Assembly: GCF_032062105.1 (NCBI RefSeq)
Contig: NW_026918070.1
Location: 62,001 to 126,000, forward strand
Direction: 5' to 3'
Length of the DNA: 64,000 nucleotides
DNA from: Saccostrea cucullata
Taxonomy: Eukaryota
Shown here: positions 24,101-36,100 of the stretch, one piece after another
How the letters are laid out: the number at the start of each line of letters is the position of its first letter
How positions within the stretch are numbered: position 1 is the first letter of the stretch
Notes under the pieces: model-generated
What the model was told of the DNA's origin: nothing
Database searches by the model: none
What the model saw: the letters and a program-made list of their open reading frames with translations, nothing else
Translations under genes and position numbers: made by a program

Positions 24101-27100
24101 ATGACACAAAACAAAAGATCAAAACTTTCCTCTCCAACCCTGCCGACCCAAGTATCACCTACCAAGACATCGAGAAAATGCCCATCGAAGCTTTTGCTGC
24201 TGCTAACGTAAGTATGACTAAAGTTCATGCGAATGGAATTTTAATCATGAAAAATAGGGGTATTACAAACGTTTTATTGACATTTACAGAAGACTCTGTG
24301 GCGAGAGGTCATGTCCAAGGCATCAGACAGACAAAAACTGGCTATTCAGATGAAGGTTTTGATGAGTAAGGACTGTGAAGTTCAAAGCATGCTCAAAGGA
24401 CTTAACTTTACCAAACTCTATCTGGTACTTGTTAAAACCTTCTCAAATAGTGCATTAATGCTATTGGGTAAAAATTCATGTGACTGATGTCAATTTACTT
24501 CATTTCTCATGTTTATTTGATAACAGGCCAGTGAAGCAAAGAAGGAGGTAGATGCTACCATTTTTGGAGAAGAACTTTGTCGAGCTCTCCTGCGTAACTG
24601 TTCACATCTACCGCCAGATCTTTTGAGATTCATAGACACAACTATTCCAAATTGCTATTCACATGTCTCCGAAAATTGTTCAAAGTCTAGAGATTCATTT
24701 GGTAACCAAATATTATTATTATGTGTTTGTGCTATGAAATGAATTGTACCGAGAAGCATTTCATAAACGAAATAATAGCGAACCTCTGATCGTTATCTGT
24801 TAGTTATCTCCACCTATTTATTTGATAGAGCTACATGTATACACTCTAATATATATTTTTTCCTGACAGGTAACGCTACTGGACTGCCGTGCCCAAAAGA
24901 GTGTCCCTGCTATCGTGATATTGCCGGCGATAGCCTCTCATTTGATATAATGGGACAGGCCTTGCCTTGTCCTAATATCGACAAGAATGTTACACTATCT
25001 AAGGCCAGGAACGAAACTTCGGAAGCTGGAGGTAAAGATACGCGGAGAATCACTGAATAAAGGGGATTATTTGGAAACTCTCTATATGAAGAAATCAACA
25101 AATAGGAAATTATGATTAAACTTTATTATGAAGTTCTACTGATCATATTCTTTTTCTTTTATGTATTTCAATGCCTTCTAATGAATAGAATTACAAGCTG
25201 GGCGAATCTAATGTTAATTTTTGGAAGATAACAATTCTACCTAAGGCTGCCCACTGGGTCTGGTCTACTTTAATGAAAATTCAAAATTTGTTCGATTGAA
25301 AATTTATTATTGGTTTTCTTAACGTGGGCACTGAGATCGCTACAATTAAAAATTCATAAGAATTTAATCCATGTTAGAAGAAACTGTCATCGCAGTTCAT
25401 ATTTATTGCAAAAATTACTTCTCGCATGAATGAAGTACTTATTTTCTAAAAACAAATCTCTAGGTTGTGGAGTGTAAAAATTCCAAGTCTATGGAATTTC
25501 ATTTTTTTTTAAGAAAAAAGACAAAGAATTCACCGTAATCTTCCAACTGAATAACGGCAGTTTCTTTTTTTAATAGTGTTTGAGGCTTCTTCTGTCATGG
25601 GAACATGTTTCCGCCATGCTAAATATTTGGATACTTGGTCCAGACTTACAGATGACACAAAACAAAAGATCAAAACTTTCCTCTCCAACCCTGCCGACCC
25701 GAGCATCACCTACCAAGACATCGAGAAAATGCCCATCGAAGCTTTTGCTGCTGCCAATGTAAGTTATGAAGCATTCATATTCATATTGCATTTGTGGTGC
25801 AAGGTTTAATGGATTTTTTTTAAACTTCAGACGTATTACTTGTAGAAAACTCTTTGGCGAGAGGTCATGTCTAAGACATCAGACAGGAAGAAGTTGGAGA
25901 TTCAGAAAAAAATCCTCATGAACACTGACTGTGAAGTCCAAAGTATGCTCAAAGGACTCAATTTTACAAAGCTGTATCTGGTAATAATTTTACATCAGTA
26001 AAAAGTCAGAGCACAGAAAACCATATGAAATAGTTTATCTCAGTTAGCTGTATTTTAACCATCACTTTTTTTCTAACAGAGCAGTGAAGCTAAAAGTGAA
26101 GTCGATACCTCCATTTTCGATGAAAAGCTTTGTCGTGCTGTCCTACGTAACTGCTCGGGTTTCTCTGAGGGTATGTGGGGATTCATAAACAACACTGCCT
26201 CAAACTGTTTGCCATATGTTCCACAAAATTGTACACAACTCCGAGGTCCGTTTATACCATTGGGAAACACGACTAAGGATGTTTTTATGCCTGTGTCCAC
26301 TTTGGATCCATCTATGACAATGCCCCCTAAAAGCGGGAACACAACTAGAGATGCTCTTACGCCTATGCCTACTAGGGATGCATCTATGACCAAGCCCTTG
26401 TCTACTGCAATGCCAAGCAAAAGCTCACCTAGTATTATTACTCAAGCCCCAGTAGTTACACCCAAACAATTTAGTGGATGCGGTAAGTAATTATTTTTTA
26501 AACATTTACAATTCAGAACTACCACTTTATGAATAACACAAACTTTATTCCAGAAACCATTAACATTTTTCAAATACCAATATTCAAGAAGGTAAACTGA
26601 ATAATGTTTAAAATTTTCAATTACATATAAATCGACAAGGAGCTGCACATCTAAGCACCACAGAAAATTTACACTTTCTTCATATTTAAGGATTATTTTA
26701 TTTGTGCATTTTCATGTATAAAAAGATCAAAAAATGTAAATCAATCCTTGCATCTAAGATTTTTTAACCACAGATCCTGGTTCAGAGGGACTTCAATGTC
26801 CACGAAACTGTTCTGATTGCTACAGGAACAAAGCGTCTACGGACTGTTACTCTTATGACAAGTATGGGGCCTTTCTTGGTTGTCAATCCTTTGCCAGAAA
26901 TACGACTATGATGAAGGCTTTGAATGATACAACTGACGCAAAGGGTGAGAGAATTTATGTTTCGTACAGTATATATGGGTATGATTATTTTATCAATTTC
27001 ACTTCGCCTTTGTGTTTTAAAACAATCAGTATTTTTTCTTTTATATTTAAAGTATTTACCGCATCAGCTGAAATTGGAACATGTTCTAGACTTGCTAAAT

Positions 27101-30100
27101 ACTTAAGAAAATGGATCAGTCTTACCGCTGCTACCCAGGACAAAGCCTTACAATATTTGAGGGATCCAAAGTCAGTGTCTGATGATGACGTCAAGAGACT
27201 TCCTATTGAGATATTTGCCATTGCCAATGTATGTTTGTTGTTTTGCTACATTTTACTTAACAGTGAACAAGCATGCTAGGCTTTCTATAATATTTATCAC
27301 AGAAATTTTCTTTGGCTGTTTCTCAGTAATTTGTGTATATATCATATGATTCATACACACAGTTTCACACTCAGAAATACTTTTTTCTAGAAAACTTTAC
27401 TTGATAATATAACACGACAAGCCTCTACTGATCAGAAGTTGTACCTGGCTACTTCCGCCTCCCTCACCAGAAGCTGTCAAGTCCAGGATCACCTCAGCTC
27501 ATTCAGCTTAGAACAAACATTTAAGGTAAAAATTGACTAGTGTTATATACCCATTACATCATGACAAAAAGAAAGAGCTATTCTAATCACCAAAATGAAT
27601 GTTATGAGTAAATATATATTTTATTTTTCAGGATGCAAAGCAATCTGGAGCCGTGGATTCTACTTACTTCAATGCTTCTTTATGTAAAGCTTTTATGGAT
27701 GGACAGTGTGATATGCCAATGAGCAAGTGGCAGTTTGCTGTAGATCATGCCCAGGAATGTCTTCTTGATAAAGCTGTCTGTCTCAAAGACGTCAATGACG
27801 CTACACTGGAGAATCTATTATCGTAAGATGTCCCTCTATCTTTCTGCTATATTTTCCAACTTTTACAAAATTATCCTTTGTTTAAGATTCATGCCTGATT
27901 TTTATACAAAAACGGGAAAAAATTAGAGTGTATTTGTGTGTTGAGAAAGAGACAGACAGACGAAAATAGGGAGCGAGATAGAGTGAGGAGTGAGAAAAAC
28001 AGGATCATGTCTTCTTTTTTTTCTTCGCTTACTGTATTTTGCTTTCGACTTTCTTTTAAAGAAAAGGGAAAGATTTCTTAATCAAATTTCTTCAGAAGAA
28101 GACATGCGTTATTCATTTATTGAGTCGTTTTTACTAACTCAGAAGTAAAATTTCTTCTAAAATACTGTTTATTAACACTTGCAGAGTTGAGTCCATGAAA
28201 GGGTTGTGCAACAAGACGAATATTGATGATAGATCGAAAGAGCTGTTCCAAAGCCGCTTAAATTCGTATCTCGGCAACAAGACCACGTTCACTTGTGATC
28301 AGGATTTCCTTCTTTTGATGAATCTGTGTAACTTGAAACCAAAATACGTGACAAAGTTTTGCACCAGTGCCAAAGTAAGATATATTTTGATTTTTATTTT
28401 AAAATTAAACTATGAAAAAGCATGAAAATTTGTTCTCAAACTATGGAAAAACATCAAAACCAATTGCAATGTTTATTTGCATAGTTGAGATAAAAAAAGA
28501 TTTTAAGAAAAATGAATGTCATAAAATGGATTAAAAATTAGTGCGTTTATTTGGCTTTGAATCTATCTATAAAACCAATGTCCGTAGAAAATTACAAATT
28601 TAATGCACTTCTCAGGAAGGCTACATATCGAATGCTACTCTAATTCTAGGGGCAAAGGTGAATATATTCCGTTTTGTGTGTATTAATGATTCTTTGTTTA
28701 AATCAATTCTTTTTTCAGGTTGCGCAATATACACCCTCAACAGAACAATCTCGAGAATGGGAAATCATAAAAACAGAGTACTTAAACAAACAACAAGTTG
28801 ACTTCTCAGCAATGGACAAAGCCACTCTTTCCTCGTAAATGTCTTATTTTTCTACTTTTTGCCTAATCTTTTGAAAACGGTTTCGAAAATTTTATAATCA
28901 GGCAAATAAGTGTCATGGTTGAAATGACACTTTAGTTCAAGTAAGAGGTAAAGACATGAATAAGATTAAAAATTTCCATGTTGAAGACGTACATATCATC
29001 ACATATTTCCATGAATTGAATGTTATATTGCATGTTTCATACGACGAGCTTAATAATTTTCATATGTTTAAAATAATCATATGTAAGCTTATCTCCCCGT
29101 GACGCAGCTGATAGGCACAAAATTATTCCTGTAAGCAAATTTACTCCTAATCATTGACATATGCAATTCGATTATTCATATGCAGCATTTAAGATTAATC
29201 TTCAGTATTTCTTGCTTTTCATCAAACTTTGTTTTCCCTTCATTCTCAAATTTTTAAAAACTATTCATCATTCAGTTTAGAAATTTTTAGAAATTGATCT
29301 GGAACGGTGCTTGATTTGTGGTTTTCTGTTTATTAAGTTCAATAAAGTCTCTCTCCTACAAGGAGATATTTTAAAAGCAAACTTAGAAATAAACTGTTTT
29401 AGATAACATATGCTTACAGAATGCGTGGTTAATTTACTTTTGCACACATACGCAAATCTGCTAATGAGTAAAATACGATATTCTTACATATCTTTTGAAG
29501 GTATTTACCGATTTCAAAGTCCACGATGAAATCCCTGGATGCTGCAGTTCTAACAAAAGTCAAAGACGCAGTTTGTACAGATAATGTTTTGGATAATGCC
29601 AAATTCACCGATGGACAGGTGAGCCTATCAACAAAACATAAAATTGCGAGATAACAAATAGGTAACCTTGTGAGGAGTAAGGTATTGCTTTGAATTTGTT
29701 TTATAATCAGATATCTCATTATTGTATGTTTGAATCGACGTCTAATTTACAAAATACGTTTAAAGATTTTCACTTATCTCTCCTTTATGTTTGATCATTT
29801 ATTGCATTCAATTGAATAGAAAAACCTAGAAGTACATGTTTTGAAAAGAATAGTCACTGATATACATTGCTACAAAATTGTATAGATACGAGAGGTGATG
29901 GATGTGCTTCGAATCAAAGGAAAGCTGGACAAGACTACTGACAAAGATTGTCTGCTGAAGTATGTCCCAGCCGAGATTGTCGACTCCTTGTCCGATTCTG
30001 ATTTAACAACGGCTTATAATCAGAACAAAATTAATGTAACCAAACTTACTCCACCTCAGGTAAGCTTCCTTCTATCTCAAAAGTATATCCACAAATCTTA

Positions 30101-33100
30101 CTCCCCACTCCACTGTTGGTAAGCTATCAGTTTAATATCCACAAATCTTACTCCCTGCTCTTCTTTAGGTAAACTAACAGTTTAAAATCCACACAAACTC
30201 TCTCCACCTCAGGTAAGCTTATTTAGTATCCACCAAAATCCTTCCAACTCAATGAGGCATTAATATCAACCAGACTCACTCCGCCTTAGGTTAGCTACTT
30301 TAAACCTCAGGAATGACGCCTTAATATCATGCAAATCACATGTGTGCGGACTTATGTTAAATAAGTTGAAACGACTAAACCAAAACACATTCATTATTTC
30401 TCATCAACAACTACTTGTCAAATAATATCAACCAACGTCAACTTACCACGTCTCACCATGATAATAGGAAACTCATCAAAACCGTATCGTACCTGGAGTT
30501 TTTTATTTTATTTTACATGTATAATAAAAATAATTATATATGTATTACTATTAAAAATAGTTTCAGTATCTTTCTTTTACAAAGAAATATATATTTTTTT
30601 TATCTCCACGTATTTCATGCAATTATTACTTTCTTATGCCTTAATCTAATTCTGTTCATATTTCAGGCTAAAAGAGTTTTGGTACTAATAAGCGGAAGTG
30701 TATGTATTTTACGATTCATTTAAACTAAAATACTTACATTTTGTTTAAAATATATGATGAAGAAAATGACAGTTTCCTCATTAATTTTGTGTACAGTTGA
30801 CATCAGAAACACAGATCAAAGATAATGCCGACCTGTTAGTAAGGGGCGGATCCAACTCTCTTCCCTCACTCAAAGACAAGTCTGCAGAGACCAAGAAGGC
30901 ATACATTAAGAGTATAAAGAACCAACAGCAAGAAAATAAAGTGAACCCCTCTGTTGTCACGGCGGTGGTAGAAGCGGTAAGGCACCAATGACGTGGAAAA
31001 ATATATTGTTATTAACTGACAGAAAGTAAAACAATAATTAATTAACTGTTGTATGAAGTGGATTTCGACATAAAAAATACAGAAATACTTTGTTTAATTC
31101 TAGTCCTTAGACACATCTGATCGTGAAGGGTCTTTTAAAACGCTAGCATCCGAATCCTCAGAGGATATGATGAGTTTTATACCACCAGATTTCATTACGG
31201 ACATGAGTTCATCAGATGTTCAAAATCTCGCCAGTTGGCCCGACTTGAAGTCGGTTAAACTCCCAAAGAATCTGGTAAGTACTTCGTTCATTTCTTACCG
31301 ATATATATGTATTTTATTTATTCTAAGGTCTCTGATGATTCTTCCTTTTCTATGAACCAGGGAAAAGCTTTGATACAGAAAGTACAAGACACTGGAATAG
31401 CACTGAACGACCCTGACGTCGTTTCCAACCTGGTGGCAGTGGTAGGATCCGCACCCAAATCCCTGTTTAACACAATAGACACAAATAACGCCAACTGCCC
31501 CACAATTCTATCATCGGTCGCTGAATCAGAAGCCATTTCAGCAGAAAAGGTCAATTTTGTCACATATATAATTACAATATATTCATTTACCCCTGCTTTG
31601 TCTAGAAAACTCTATATAATAAAACTAGACAAACACTAAAGCTGTAATTAATTGTTAACCTAACTAATTATTATTTCTTTATTTCAGTACGAGCATGTGT
31701 GTAAGAAGTTAGAGACCTGTCTGACTTCCACCAATGTAGACCTCTCTGATGCTTCCTCGCTTTCCGGGAACGCTCTAGCCTGCTTCAAGTAAGACTTGTC
31801 GATGTTTTCGACTTAAGTTCATATTATAAAATAAATTTAACAACTGGTTATTGGTTTTTTTATCTTATCTTTTAGATGTACATTTTTTGTATGTCTTATG
31901 GTTCCTTAATTGACTATAATCTTAAATGACTAAGTCAAAATCTGAATATTTTCGTATAGTGAAATGTAATGATGATCATGATAAGAGGAGATTAAATAGT
32001 TCTATAGGCACTGAATAGCATTGGTTAGATTAATTTTATCACCAAAACTATTCGTGCATGAAAATTAAGATCGTTAAGCATCCCTAACTTCCTAAACTGC
32101 ACATATTTAGACTTCATTTTCATCCCAAACTCAATTGTCTTCATGAAGAAAGGTTTTCTCTTAAGTAGACCAACAATAATGTGCACTCAGGATGCACTCA
32201 GTGTGTAGTGTCAGGAAGATGGCAAGAGTGAACTTAAAAATTTTCCCCAAAAACTTCCAATGACAGGGGAAGAACGAGGGACATTTATTAGTGTTATGTT
32301 CCATCTCTTATTATGATGTTTTTGACAGTAAAACTGCGCTGAAGGCTGTTAGTGGGAGTTGCTCAGATATAACAACAAAGATGTGCACTGCTGACTTCTC
32401 ACTGCTGGATGGAAAACAGAGAAAAAGTGAAATCAAAGAATACGTCTTTGAATGTGTGCGTATTATTTATACTCTTTATTCTCTAGCACAATGTGTCCGT
32501 ATCCTTGTAGTTGTCTGATTTTCTTTCTTCTTCATAAATTCATACAATTGTTAGATTTTTATGAATAGAAAAAACAGTTCCAAATTTTTAAAAAGGAATA
32601 AAAGTATTTATACCAAATAAGGTTATGGTACATATTTTTTTGCTGTGTGAAATTGTAATTATCAAATAAAGGAACAAACCAAATTTATATGAACCAAAGG
32701 CTATTGTTGTCATTTGAATCTTTATCTAATACTCAGTAGCTTAGTACTTTAAAGATGACCAAATCATCTCAATTAATTTTTAGGAAAGCGTTTCTAAATC
32801 ATAAAAAAAAAAGCAAGAATATTAATACAACCTTGTCTGTTATATTTTTCTGGTTCTTTTTCTCCACAGCTAGGGATTACTAACACCATTACTGGCTCAC
32901 ATATTAACAGTATGGGAAGCTGCGCAGAACTGTTGTCTGACTCTGATATTCCCAAGATGGACATAACAGCCATGGAAGCCATCTTTAATATTCTCTCCTC
33001 CAAATTCACTTGCCTGAGCAAGATTGGTGCCTACGTCGAAAAATATGTTACTCTGTAAGTCTTTACCTGTCATCTTCAGACTTAATGCGTTGCAGTTAAG

Positions 33101-36100
33101 TTTTTCAGCAAAACAGAAATTTCGTTAATTCTTAATTTACATTGAGTGTGAGTTGATTGGCGGGATTTATATCTTTTAAATATAACTTCTTAAAAGAGAA
33201 AGCATGTACACTATTATGAAAGCTGTTCGTGTTTTTTTGTGGTTTAACAGAAAAGGAAGTACCATAACAACTACTGACATCGTCCATCTGGGCGACTGGG
33301 CTATACATCTACAAAGCAGCTTATTTTCGGGCATGGTAAGTACATCTGGGTTCATTTCACCTCCAACCTCTGATGTTTTGGAGGTCCCTGTTTGCTCTGC
33401 ACCTATTTTGTATTGTTTACTGGATTTCTGAGCTTGAATACTGTTCGTTATCTCCATATATTTCATTCAATCAGTAGTCCACACTAACCTTCTTTAAATT
33501 GACATTTACATTTCATGTTAATATATTAAAGACGGGAATCTGTGATACTGTATCCACCATTGGGGAAGCTCTAAAGGAAAGAGACGCCATAAAGCAGGAA
33601 CTCATAGAAGAAGGATTGTTTACTGAGTGCAAAGAAGAAATCAGTGAAATCAAAAAAGAAATCGGGGAATATATCATCGCCGCCATAGAAGACTGTACCG
33701 CAGCCAGACGACGGAAGAGAAACACAGGTAGATTTTGTTTATAGTAAGCACTTATGCATCAAAGTCTAGGGCTTCTATGGACAAACTTTGAAAAATTGGT
33801 TTTGGTTTATATTTGCAGGCACTATCACGTGTTCTCAGCTAACTGACATGGGGTCGTCCATGCTAAGTTCCCTGACAACTTCACAACTCTCCGGAATCCA
33901 GGATGCTGATTTTATCCAATGTGTGAGTTTACTGGGAAGCCCGACCGATTACAGCGCAGAGCAGAAACAAGCTCTAGCCAGCATTGCCAAGAGAGGAACG
34001 GTGAGAAAAGGAAGATTTTTTTTAATTTAAAAAATAGCAATGCAAGGACTCCTAAATAATTAATGTTATTATACTACCGGTTATTGTGACTGCTTAGTAA
34101 AGAAAAGATATATATGCACATCTTCGACATTTACTACTAAATTTTTATGTAAATAAAAAAATAACAGAGTGTCATGAAGATCCTCTTGTTCTCAGGTGTA
34201 TGGTAGTCCAAGCACGTGGTCGTCCTCCACAATACAGAGTCTGGGGTCAATCGTCCAGGGTCTGACCTCGGCGGAACTTGACATGATGACCTTTATCTAT
34301 GACGACATTGCGCAGCTCGGGGCGTACTCAGGATGGGAGGACTCGCAGGTTTGTCTCATTGCCTGACTCCACGGCGTCAGGCACTACTAAGGATCAATAT
34401 TTCCTAGGTGTGAAGCTAAGAGGTCACAGTTAGCCAGCAAAAATGTGTACATGCTGATTATCATCGGATTTTCTTACATGCGTTTCAGCAATAACAGTTA
34501 GCAGAAAAATAACCATATTACTGATACAATATATTGATGTATTTACTTCCTTTAGCTTTTTGCTAGCAGCTATTTATTTCTTACGAGTTCTTTCACAAAC
34601 ATGTCCGTTTGACCTTTTTTGCGTTTCTATACTACTGGATTAATCCATTTGTCCTCTATGTAAGGGGTGACACAATTATTTTGCGCCAAAATGTCAGGTG
34701 TACGTTTTTGCGCCCTTTTCCTGGACTTTATTAGTATGCTATTGAATGGAAATGAAAACTGCATGAATGATATAAAGTTTGTTCTTTTTTGTCGGAATCA
34801 TGGTCGAGCTTTGGAAAAAAAAACATATCGGTGATATGTGAAGTGAGTTAGAAGTTGCATCATTTAAAGTAATAAAAACGAAACGAACAAAAATCTCTTA
34901 AGATGATGCACTGGCCAAATATACATCTGATCATAACCCCCCTCCCCCTCCAGGGGGTTTCCTCCCACAAAAACAGAGTATATAGACTAATAAAAGTGTC
35001 TTCTCACATTTCAGGATTGAGAAAGTTTATTATTTTTTTGCTCGTACAAATATTTTTGATGTGGACCCTTCATCTCTGGGAAACCCTCCCTGAATCCGCG
35101 CCTGTCGCCATTCATATATCGCCTTCAAGTTTGTTGGGTCATTTAAGCATATATAGCTTTATTTATCCCACGTTTCCAACAATCTTTGATGCTCTGGCAT
35201 ACCCAAGAAACTATTAAACATATTCTGCATGTCAGTCATAACCGTTACGATTCCCAATTTCTTGTAGTTATATTTTCAGCTGTCTTTCTCAAAGCCTATG
35301 CTGTATGCAGTTGAATCTAATTTATGTAACCTTTAAATATAGCCATGCTTTCCAGCAGTAATCAGTTACATTAGTTTTCCCCTTATTTTCTTCATCCTAT
35401 AAAACCATTTTTAGACTCGCGGAGTGAGTTGTTCATCTTTACGTCGCGGGTTCAAATCTACAGCGGGACATGTACAAGATTTCATTTTCATTTGAGATAC
35501 AAACAATTTATATAAAAAAATGTTTTCTTTTTCCATTGCTCTGATGTGTATCATATAACAAAATAAATGCATGATGTTTTGTGCAACATCTTCATAATTT
35601 ACACTAGTGAAACAATTTAGACACCCTCCCCCCAATGTAAACGTTTATAACTTATCATGTTATAGGTTCTATAAATATTGATCGCATTAGTCAGGCAAGC
35701 TTTTGAAAAGCTGTTACTTGTATATCACTCAAGTCAGTCATTTTGAAAGTAACAAAACATGTTCTCTCTCAATCGTTCTATATCGTTCTTAATTTTAGAA
35801 AACCACCATATTTGGAAATTGGACTAAGTCGAGTACCATAGCAACTATAACATCATCAGAGCTGAGGTCATTAGGTCACATGATTTGTGCAATGTCTACA
35901 GGCCAGATATCCCAAATTACCCAAGCTGTTTATGAGTAAGATGTTAAAATTTATCATAAATTGTCTTTATTTTATCAAGCACAAAAAGAAATATTTTATC
36001 ATAATTTGGGAGTATATTGTCGCAAATGTATATACATCTTAAAGTTATTGAAAGCGAAAGATGTTTAATAAATAAGAATTCATCTAATAAGTATGAAATT

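Larger units (their letters stand above)
15371..27822 (+). repeat. Intragenic tandem array of six four-exon modules (A-B-C-D)
   Basis: Exon lengths recur: A 162-171, B 182 (176 in M6), C 135, D 175-191 (403 in M5 with a P/T/S extension). Exons B-D of M1-M4 and A of M2-M4 are near identical, partly including introns. M5 is moderately diverged and M6 strongly diverged. Confidence 0.95.

Noticed and set aside
16174-33725. Minus-strand ORFs overlapping the big gene (e.g. 19635-19928, 22042-22287, 26073-26420, 33513-33725)
   Set aside because: Antisense shadows of real + strand exons. They recur only because the exons are duplicated.
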